Shown one piece after another: positions 10,039-17,096 of a DNA stretch of 32,651 bases. Origin of the DNA: Treponema sp. GTDB taxonomy: Bacteria; Spirochaetota; Spirochaetia; Treponematales; Breznakiellaceae. The notes beneath the pieces are model-generated. The model was not told the DNA's origin and ran no database searches. It was given only the letters and a program-made list of their open reading frames with translations. How positions within the stretch are numbered: the stretch's first letter is position 1; each line of letters begins with the position of its first letter. The stretch is from NCBI GenBank assembly GCA_031288575.1, contig JAITRD010000003.1, positions 1-32,651 of the forward strand, read 5' to 3'. The position numbers and the translations under genes were made by a program.

Positions 10039-11649
10039 ATGATATACTCAATTATCATGAATTCCAAAGAAAGCTTAAACGAAAAGAATAAAATTGTCGG
10101 CCCGGTACAAACCCTTTACGGTTCCGTATCGGGGGTAGCGGAAAAGGGGGTGTTTTATTTTAAGGGCATCCCCTTTGCCAAGGCGCCTGTCGGCGCCTTA
10201 CGGTGGCAGGCCCCCGAAGCGCCTGAACCCTGGGCCGGAATCCGGGCCTGCGACAGCTACGCGCCCGGGGCGCTTCAAATAATGGACCGGAATTTCTGGT
10301 GGGCCCCGGAATTTTATTATGATTATGCCGGCGGGGATATGCCCGTAAGCGAAGATTGTTTATATCTCAACGTGGTAAGCCCCCGGGTTTCTCCCGAGGC
10401 TAAACTGCCGGTATTTATCTGGTTTCACGGGGGCGCCTATACCAACGGCTATACCTATGAGCCGGAATTTGAGCCTTCTAAACTTGCCGCCAAGGGAGTG
10501 GTGGTGGTAAGCGCCGCATACCGGCTGGGACCCTTTGGATATCTGGCGACCCCGGAACTTTCGGCGGCTTCCCCTAGCGGTACCAGCGGCAATTACGGCC
10601 TCCTGGATCAGATCAAAAGCATTGAATGGGTCAAAAAAAATATCGCCCCCTTCGGCGGGGATCCCGAGGTCATTACTATCGGCGGGCAGTCCGCGGGGGC
10701 CGGCTCGGTTACCCAAATCATCGCTTCCCCCCTGGCCCGGGGCCTGTTCCGGCGGGCTATTCTGAACAGCAGCTTCGGGGCGGCGGAAACCATCCGTACC
10801 CGGGATCAGATCTACGAAAACAGTAAAAATTATCTGGCTAAAAAGGGGTTACAGGATCTGTCCGCGGAGGCGTTACGGGCGTTGCCCTGGGAAACATTCG
10901 TCAACGGAGATATTCCCCGGGAGGAAATTACCGGCGCCGGTTTCGGGCCTTATCTGGATGCCTATGCCATAACGGAACATCCCCGGGACTACTTTTTCAA
11001 AGAGGGTGCCCTGAGGGGGATGGATATTCTTTACGGCTCCAACAGCGGAGAGGGTAACGCCTCTTTTAGCTTATCTTCCAGAAATGCTTTCTATGCCGCC
11101 GCAAAGGAAAGCTACGGGGAATTATATCTTAAGTACCAATTTGAAAAATTATACCCGGCCTCCGACGATTTCGGCGCCACCTTTGAGGCCCTCCGGCTCC
11201 GCAGCGAAATGCAGGGAACCAAACATCTCGTCATCGCCGAAATTCTAAGCCGGCTTAATCCCTCAAGCCGTATCTATCCCTATTATTTTTCCCACCGGCC
11301 CCCTTACCGGGAATCGGAGATCCGCTGGGCCTGGCACAGCGCCGAATTGTGGTATTGTTTTAATTCCCTCCGCCCTGTCCCCGAACAGCGGGACTGGCAA
11401 GAAGAGGATTATAAAATTGCCGAGGATTTCTCTTCCTATTGGGCCAATTTTATGCGCCGGGCCAGTCCTAACGGTCCCGGCCTGACCTACTGGCCCCGGG
11501 CCGCCCCTGAATTTTGTCTCTTTATGGAGTTGGGCGATACTTTCCGCCTGCGAAAGGATTTTTATGGCAATACCAGGCTGGCGGCCCGGGACGCTTTTAT
11601 GCGGGAATACATAACGGAAAGGTACCATTTGCCCCCCGCCGGGAAATAG
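10039..11649 (+). CDS. Type-B carboxylesterase / para-nitrobenzyl-esterase-like serine hydrolase
   Basis: GIPFAKAPVGALRWQAP, EDCLYLNV, the oxyanion region WFHGGAY and the nucleophile elbow GGQSAGA. The track start at 9934 overlaps hemW, so I prefer ATG 10039 or 10057. ATG 10057 lies 8 nt after a TATACT box. Confidence 0.85.
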   Translation: MIYSIIMNSKESLNEKNKIVGPVQTLYGSVSGVAEKGVFYFKGIPFAKAPVGALRWQAPEAPEPWAGIRACDSYAPGALQIMDRNFWWAPEFYYDYAGGDMPVSEDCLYLNVVSPRVSPEAKLPVFIWFHGGAYTNGYTYEPEFEPSKLAAKGVVVVSAAYRLGPFGYLATPELSAASPSGTSGNYGLLDQIKSIEWVKKNIAPFGGDPEVITIGGQSAGAGSVTQIIASPLARGLFRRAILNSSFGAAETIRTRDQIYENSKNYLAKKGLQDLSAEALRALPWETFVNGDIPREEITGAGFGPYLDAYAITEHPRDYFFKEGALRGMDILYGSNSGEGNASFSLSSRNAFYAAAKESYGELYLKYQFEKLYPASDDFGATFEALRLRSEMQGTKHLVIAEILSRLNPSSRIYPYYFSHRPPYRESEIRWAWHSAELWYCFNSLRPVPEQRDWQEEDYKIAEDFSSYWANFMRRASPNGPGLTYWPRAAPEFCLFMELGDTFRLRKDFYGNTRLAARDAFMREYITERYHLPPAGK

Positions 11650-12372
11650 CTAGGGCCGGCCTAAACGGTTCAGGGGCCAGTAACGGAACAGGGCTTTTCC
11701 CGTGATAAGATCAACAGGGACAGGCCCCCAAGTACGGGAATCGTTGGTATTGCTCCGGTCGTCGGAGAGGACAAAACACTCATTCTCCCCTAAAACAATC
11801 CGTTCCATGTTTCCCGAAAAAGGGAGGGATTCATCCCAGAGAGCGGGAACCTGGGGAATGGCAACATCATAGGGGTGTTCCGACAGTTCAAATTCCGTAA
11901 AACTGTAGGATTCGTCCCGGGGCTTAATCCGCAAGACAAAATTGGTCATGGTGATTTCATCCCCCGGAAGTCCTATTACCCGCTTAATAAAAATTTGTTC
12001 CTCCCGGCCCGAAAGGCTTATCCTTTGGGCGGTAAAAAAACGCACTCCCCCGTCAAGGATTTCGGTCCAGAGGGAGGGTTTCTGATGGAGGGACATATCT
12101 ACCAGCACGATGTTCCCCCGGCGGAAGGGGACGGAACGGTTCCAAATCTCAATGCCCGGCAGCAGGGAATGAAAATAGGAAGAAAAAATAAAACGATCCC
12201 TTGCCCGGAGTCCCGGCTGCATGCTTTCATTCTCCAAAACCCGCATAGAAAAAAGAAAGGTCGTGGAAAGGTACAAAACAAAAAAAAGCAGGCACCACAA
12301 AAAAACCCAGCCTATCTTATGGCGCTGGCTCTTTTGGGCCGCGTAGGAATATTTTCGCCATTTACCAAACAT
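11650..12372 (-). CDS. lepB: Signal peptidase I (short paralogue, 240 aa)
   Basis: N-terminal TM segment, Ser box ENESMQPGL, Lys box FIKRVIGLPGDEI, and box E SDDRSNTNDSRTWGPVP. AAGGAAC lies upstream of the ATG. Confidence 0.85.
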   Translation of the reverse strand: MFGKWRKYSYAAQKSQRHKIGWVFLWCLLFFVLYLSTTFLFSMRVLENESMQPGLRARDRFIFSSYFHSLLPGIEIWNRSVPFRRGNIVLVDMSLHQKPSLWTEILDGGVRFFTAQRISLSGREEQIFIKRVIGLPGDEITMTNFVLRIKPRDESYSFTEFELSEHPYDVAIPQVPALWDESLPFSGNMERIVLGENECFVLSDDRSNTNDSRTWGPVPVDLITGKALFRYWPLNRLGRP

Positions 12373-12387
12373 GGATTATGTTCCTTA

Positions 12388-13374
12388 TCATCGTATCGGG
12401 CCCAAACGTCCTAGGGGCCAGTAAATAACGGAGCCCTTGCCCAGCACCCCCGTTTCCCGGATGGGACCAAAATAACGGCCGTCCCGGGAATTATCCCGGT
12501 TGTCCCCCAGGGGCAGAATCCTGCCCTCCGGCACATACCAGCCCAGGGTCCGCCGGGCAAAACGGGCCCGGTACCGGGCGTCCTGGGGATAGGCGGTCCG
12601 CAATACCCCCAGGAAAGACTCCTCATAGGCCAGGTAATCCCGGTACCGGAGCCGTTCCAGCGGCGCGGCGGCGGCGAGGAGCCTTTGGGGGGGGCTAAGC
12701 CCCATGTCCATATAGGCCGTAACCTTTCCGGCCGCTTCCAGGGCGGGGTAGGCGTCCTCCTCCACCAGACGGCTCAAACGGTGGTTAAACTGCCTGGCCG
12801 CGTTAAATTCCCGTTCCAAAACCCACCGGTCTTCCCCGGCAAAGAGGATCCGCAGTTCCCCCTGGCGGGTAATAAACCGGTCGCCCCCCATGCCAACCGC
12901 CCGTTTAATCAGAAAATGGGCCTTAGGCTCCCCCGACTCATCCCGGTCAATATCCACCAGCGAAAGGGTAAGCATATAGATGATCCGCTGGGCAATGTCA
13001 AAAATCGGCCCCCGGGAAATGTAGGAAGGATTTTCAAAGATGATAATATCGTTACGTTTGGCTTTAACGGGGCTGGGCAGTTTAGCCACCCCCGGAAGCA
13101 GTTCGGGACCGAAGATGATCTTATTAACGAAGATCCGGTCCCCAATAAGAAGGGTATCGATCATGGAGCCCGAGGGAATCTGATATGCCTGGAAAAGGTA
13201 CTGATTAATCAGCAGCACCATCCCGGCGGCCCAGATAAAGGCCTCAAGCCAATCCACCAGGGGATGTTTCTTTTTTTGTTTTTCCTTTTTAATGCGCCGG
13301 ATCCGTTGCCGGCGGCTAAGGTATCTTTCCGTCAGGAGTTCTAAACGATCAAAAAAATCAAGGTTCCGCGCCAT
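12388..13374 (-). CDS. lepB: Signal peptidase I (long paralogue). The start is either ATG 13374 or the track's TTG 13410.
   Basis: IPSGSMIDTL (Ser), FLIKRAVGMGGD (Lys) and GDNRDNSRDGRYFGP. ATG 13374 sits 7 nt downstream of a TTGTCA-17-TAACTT promoter-like element. The TTG at 13410 has no SD. Confidence 0.8.
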   Translation of the reverse strand: MARNLDFFDRLELLTERYLSRRQRIRRIKKEKQKKKHPLVDWLEAFIWAAGMVLLINQYLFQAYQIPSGSMIDTLLIGDRIFVNKIIFGPELLPGVAKLPSPVKAKRNDIIIFENPSYISRGPIFDIAQRIIYMLTLSLVDIDRDESGEPKAHFLIKRAVGMGGDRFITRQGELRILFAGEDRWVLEREFNAARQFNHRLSRLVEEDAYPALEAAGKVTAYMDMGLSPPQRLLAAAAPLERLRYRDYLAYEESFLGVLRTAYPQDARYRARFARRTLGWYVPEGRILPLGDNRDNSRDGRYFGPIRETGVLGKGSVIYWPLGRLGPIR

Positions 13375-13381
13375 TTCAAAG

Positions 13382-13410
13382 AAGTTACCATGAAGTCCCG
13401 TCGTTGACAA
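13382..13410 (-). promoter_or_regulatory. Sigma70-like promoter for the long lepB (TTGTCA-17-TAACTT), 7 nt from ATG 13374
   Basis: Read on the reverse complement, the -35 is at 13405-13410 and the -10 at 13382-13387. There is no SD between the -10 and the ATG. Confidence 0.4.
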
Positions 13411-13433
13411 GATATTGACAGGAGACCTATAAT
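13404..13433 (+). promoter_or_regulatory. Near-consensus sigma70 promoter (TTGACA-18-TATAAT), 6 nt from ATG 13440
   Basis: TTGACA at 13404-13409 and TATAAT at 13428-13433. Only GCCGCC separates the -10 from the start codon. Confidence 0.55.
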
Positions 13434-13439
13434 GCCGCC

Positions 13440-14954
13440 ATGTTTGGAAAAGGTTCTCCTCCCGCGGAGACGCTCCCGGAAGACCGGGTTAAATTAAAAC
13501 CCCTGCTGGGCATCCGCCCCGGGGTATATCTGGTCTGGCTTTATGGTTTTATTATCCTGGGGATCCTGTTTTTTATTTTGGTTTATCCCGGCCTGGCCCG
13601 GCCCGGCAGTTTGATCGCCTTCAGCTCCGAACCCCGGGGGGCCGCGGTCCGCCTGGACGGGGTTTATCTGGGAACCGCTCCGGGGGAATTTTTTATTCCC
13701 CGGGGAAGGCGCCGGTTCGAGATGAGCCTCCCCGGGTTTGAACCCTGGGAGGCGGAACAGGAAATCGGAGGCCGGCTTTTTGCCTCCAACTTTTTCCCCC
13801 GCCGGGAGGCTGTCCGCGGGACCCTGGCTTTAGCCCGGCCGGAAGCGGCTTTTTCCCGGGCCGCCTCGGATTACGCGGAGTGGTCCCTTGCGGGGGAACC
13901 CACCGCGGCTTACCAAATACCCTTAAGCCTCTCCGAAGGGGCCTACCGGGCGGGGCCCGCGGGAAGGGATCCCGGGGTTTATCAGAATTTTACGGAAATT
14001 TTGCAAAGCGCCCCGGGCTTTGCCCTGACCCAGGCGGCCCTGCGGGACCTTATCCGGGCAAAATGCCTTATCGACAACGGGGGGCTTTCCCCTTCACCGG
14101 TAAGCCTGCTCCGCTCCGCCGGGGATATCCTGAATTTCCTCTCCGAAAGTCCCGGGGCGGCCCTCTGGCTCGGGGAGCTCCTGCCCCCGGAAACCGCGGC
14201 TCCGGTAATTGCCTCCTCCTGGTATAAACGGGACCGGGAAGCCCCCGTCCCCGAGGCCCCCCCTCCCGGAGCGGGGCCGGGAGGCCGGATCGTCCTTGCC
14301 GAATCCCTGGGTTTCCGGGAGCTTCCCGGGGGCGTCCTCATACAAAACACCCCCTTCCCCCGGAGGATCGAGATAGGCCCCTTCAGCATCGCCGAAAACG
14401 AGGTATCCCTCGGTTCCTGGGAAGCCTTTGTCCGGGCCAATCCCGAATGGGGGAAGGAAAATATCGCCGCCCTTTTGGAGGCGGGGCTTGTAAACGAAGA
14501 CTACCTGGAAGGGCCCGGCAACCCGGAGCTTCAAAGCGCTTATCCCCCCGGCGCCGCCCCGGGAATCTCCTGGCACGCGGCCCGGGCCTACTGCCAATGG
14601 CAGACAAGCCTCCTTCCTTCCCCCCTGGCGGCCTATGAAGTCCGGCTCCCCACAGAGGCGGAATGGGAATACGCCGCAAAAAATCAGCCCGAAGGGGGCC
14701 TGGCGGATATGCTCGGGGGAATGTGGGAATGGTGCGGCGATCCCTTTATACCCCTTCCCCTTTTTGCCCCTTCCCAGGGGGGAACGCCGCCGGGGGAACT
14801 TCCCTTTAATTCCCCGGAAAAACCGGTCCGGGGCGGTTCCTGGATAAATCCCGCCGGGTCCGTGGACGGGGAAACCCGGGCTTCCCTTCCCCCCGCCTCC
14901 TGTTCCCCCTTTGTTTCCTTCCGGCCCGTCCTGGCCCCCAGGGGGAAGCCATGA
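13440..14954 (+). CDS. Membrane-anchored PEGA-domain / FGE-sulfatase (SUMF1-like) domain protein
   Basis: N-terminal TM (VYLVWLYGFIILGILFFILV), PEGA-like SSEPRGAAVRLDGVYLGTAPG...PGFEPWE, and a C-terminal FGE-sulfatase signature (ISWHAARAYCQW, RLPTEAEWEYAAK, GGMWEWCGD, RGGSW, SFRPV). It lacks the CxxxxC pair of genuine formylglycine-generating enzymes. Confidence 0.8.
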   Translation: MFGKGSPPAETLPEDRVKLKPLLGIRPGVYLVWLYGFIILGILFFILVYPGLARPGSLIAFSSEPRGAAVRLDGVYLGTAPGEFFIPRGRRRFEMSLPGFEPWEAEQEIGGRLFASNFFPRREAVRGTLALARPEAAFSRAASDYAEWSLAGEPTAAYQIPLSLSEGAYRAGPAGRDPGVYQNFTEILQSAPGFALTQAALRDLIRAKCLIDNGGLSPSPVSLLRSAGDILNFLSESPGAALWLGELLPPETAAPVIASSWYKRDREAPVPEAPPPGAGPGGRIVLAESLGFRELPGGVLIQNTPFPRRIEIGPFSIAENEVSLGSWEAFVRANPEWGKENIAALLEAGLVNEDYLEGPGNPELQSAYPPGAAPGISWHAARAYCQWQTSLLPSPLAAYEVRLPTEAEWEYAAKNQPEGGLADMLGGMWEWCGDPFIPLPLFAPSQGGTPPGELPFNSPEKPVRGGSWINPAGSVDGETRASLPPASCSPFVSFRPVLAPRGKP

Positions 14955-15415
14955 GCGAGGGGGTAAAAATCATCGCCCAAAACCGCAAGGCCCGGCACGA
15001 TTACGCCGTAGACGACAGTTACGAATGCGGCATAGAACTTCTGGGAACCGAGGTTAAATCCTTTCGGGACGGGAAAATTTCCTTCCCCGACGCCTGGGCG
15101 GAGGTTGTCCGGGGGGAAGTCTGGCTCCGGTCCCTGCGGATCGCGGAAAATCCCTTTTCATCGGTATTCAACCACGATCCGGATCGGAAAAAGCGGCTTC
15201 TTCTCCACCGGGATGAGATAAAACGCATTGCCCGGAAGGTAGATGAAAAGGGTTATACCCTGATCCCCCTGTCCTTTTATTTTAAAAAAGGCCGGGTCAA
15301 GGTTGAATTAGGCCTCTGCAAAGGGAAAAAGGCCTATGACAAGCGGGCGGATATCCGGGAACGGGATGTCAAACGGGACATAGAACGGGAATTCCGCCAT
15401 GGCCTGCGGGGTTAG
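14951..15415 (+). CDS. smpB: SsrA-binding protein SmpB
   Basis: IAQNRKARHDYAVDDSYECGIELLGTEVKS and LLLHRDEI. It is 154 aa, with an ATGA overlap to the upstream gene. Confidence 0.95.
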   Translation: MSEGVKIIAQNRKARHDYAVDDSYECGIELLGTEVKSFRDGKISFPDAWAEVVRGEVWLRSLRIAENPFSSVFNHDPDRKKRLLLHRDEIKRIARKVDEKGYTLIPLSFYFKKGRVKVELGLCKGKKAYDKRADIRERDVKRDIEREFRHGLRG

Positions 15416-15567
15416 GAGCCTGTTGCGCTTCGCCTGTAAACCGGAAGGGTTCTCCAAAAATGAGCCCCTGCATTGTTCCGAAAATGAAAAAAAAATCCTA
15501 AACTTTGTATGAAACTCGTCCGCTTCTTAAAGAAATCGGTTCTTTGTTAGAATAATACAAAAATTTG

Positions 15568-15576
15568 TGGTATAGT
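15568..15576 (+). promoter_or_regulatory. Extended -10 element TGgTATAGT, 13 nt upstream of ATG 15590
   Basis: Perfect TGn + TATAGT in an AT-rich spacer. There is no SD before the ATG. Confidence 0.4.
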
Positions 15577-15589
15577 AATTTATACGAAT

Positions 15590-16444
15590 ATGAAAAAAAA
15601 ATTTTGGATACCCCTCCTGGTTTCGATCCTCTTTCCAATCCTTGCGAACGCCCAGGAGACTAAGCCCGTGATCCGGTTTATGCCCCTTATCACAGAGGGC
15701 ATTGGGCATGAAGAGGCCAGGCTTATTGAAAGGCTTATACAATCCTATCTTTCCGATTTTGGGGAGGTGGTTATCTTTTTCGCCCTTTCCCCGGAGAATA
15801 TAACCTCCGGTTCTTCCCAGGACTTTGATTTTTTGACCCAGGTTCCGGATTATATTTTCACCGGAAGCATCAGGAGCGACCGGGACAAGCGGATCTTCTC
15901 TTTGGAGCTTTTGACGATCGGAACGGGAGAGACCAGTTCTTATATTTCCATTCATAAAAATACCAGCGATTTGATATTAAAGGCCCGATCTTTGGTGGAA
16001 ATGGCTTTCAGTTCAGAATATATTCCAGCAACGGAGCGAGAAAAGCCGGAGGATGCCGAAAATCTCACCGAAAAGGGCATTGCCGGCCTTTGGCGGGGCG
16101 ATCCGGGGATAGAATTGATCCGGCTCCAGCGGAACGGCCGGGGGGTAGCCCTCTTTTCTTCCGGGGTCCGCATGGATCTGTCCTATTCTATCGAAGGAAA
16201 CACCCTCAAAATAATACAAAGCTCCCGCAATAACGAAAGATTTTACCATCCCCTGCCTTTTGAGGTGGCAAAGGAACTGAGCGCCGTGGCGGAACCCATG
16301 ACTTGGGAACTCTTCCTCTATGAAAAAGGGACGACCCTGCGGGGCATTAAACGGACCACCGAAGTCCGGCATGACGGGTCTGCCATTTTAGAATTCCTGC
16401 CGAATACGGTTCGGGAGGTGGCGTGGATAAAATCGGCCCGTTAG
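15590..16444 (+). CDS. Secreted/periplasmic hypothetical protein (284 aa)
   Basis: Signal peptide MKKKFWIPLLVSILFPILANA|QE with no lipobox Cys. I recognise no family motif. Confidence 0.65.
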   Translation: MKKKFWIPLLVSILFPILANAQETKPVIRFMPLITEGIGHEEARLIERLIQSYLSDFGEVVIFFALSPENITSGSSQDFDFLTQVPDYIFTGSIRSDRDKRIFSLELLTIGTGETSSYISIHKNTSDLILKARSLVEMAFSSEYIPATEREKPEDAENLTEKGIAGLWRGDPGIELIRLQRNGRGVALFSSGVRMDLSYSIEGNTLKIIQSSRNNERFYHPLPFEVAKELSAVAEPMTWELFLYEKGTTLRGIKRTTEVRHDGSAILEFLPNTVREVAWIKSAR

Positions 16445-16893
16445 AAATCGTCATTTTTTTCCTGAACGGCCCGTAAAAGGTCAAAAATCGCAAAACAGAT
16501 AAACACGGTCAGCCCCGCGCAGAAGGCAATAACCTTAAGAACATTATCGGACACAAAGTCCGCTTCCCGGGCTATCACCCTTTGTCCCGGATTGGTAGGG
16601 TGTTTTTTGATATCCCCCAGGCCCACAATGCGAATAAACCGTTCATCCGTCCTGCCGTATCCCAGTTCCTTGGCGTATATGGTGAGGGTATCCTTATCAT
16701 ACAAAAGGGCATTCTTTGCCGTTTCTAATTCCTTATTAATGATCCGCAGGGTCTCCATGTTTTTTTGCTGCTTTAGCCGTTCATCCTCCAAATGGCTGTA
16801 TGCGGAAAATCCCGTAGGCCCGTTAAAAAACAAACATATACCGTATATAAGCACCCCAGTCCAAAGCCCTACGAGGTATTTCATTGATCTCAT
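16441..16893 (-). CDS. Septum formation initiator (FtsB/DivIC)-like protein with an extra C-terminal TM segment
   Basis: N-terminal TM, then a coiled coil (EDERLKQQKNMETLRIINKELETAKNAL), then DKDTLTIYAKELGYGRTDERFIRI as in FtsB/DivIC. A second hydrophobic segment, VIAFCAGLTVFICFAIFDLL, lies near the C-terminus. Confidence 0.55.
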   Translation of the reverse strand: MRSMKYLVGLWTGVLIYGICLFFNGPTGFSAYSHLEDERLKQQKNMETLRIINKELETAKNALLYDKDTLTIYAKELGYGRTDERFIRIVGLGDIKKHPTNPGQRVIAREADFVSDNVLKVIAFCAGLTVFICFAIFDLLRAVQEKNDDF

Positions 16894-16935
16894 TAACTAG
16901 ATTTACGGTTTATTTTATGTCCTTCTTAAGCTCCA

Positions 16936-16964
16936 TTGACAACGGAAAAATCCCCGGCTAACAT
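16936..16964 (+). promoter_or_regulatory. Sigma70-like promoter (TTGACA-17-TAACAT) for the acidic-protein/Maf unit
   Basis: TTGACA at 16936-16941 and TAACAT at 16959-16964. It lies about 130 nt upstream of ATG 17097, which has GGGAG 7 nt upstream. Confidence 0.5.
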
Positions 16965-17096
16965 CAGAGAAGATTCGGTTATGATTTTTTGTAAAAGCCT
17001 TACAAAGAATGGGATAATGACCGATACTAATAAAGCATATATAAATTAATATAAATTGAAGCCGAACGCGCAGGCGTTAACGATTGGGAGCGGTTC

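Noticed and set aside
13982-14998. Several 100-170-aa overlapping ORFs on both strands within the PEGA/FGE gene
   Set aside because: They are Arg/Gly/Pro-rich shadow ORFs of a GC-rich gene. The plus-strand frame starting at 13440 carries the PEGA and FGE-sulfatase motifs.
15416-15589. Possible tmRNA (ssrA) or other small RNA downstream of smpB
   Set aside because: The spacer is only 174 nt. It has no GGGG...tRNA-like acceptor/T-arm sequences and no tag reading frame. It is AT-rich and better explained as the promoter region of the next gene.
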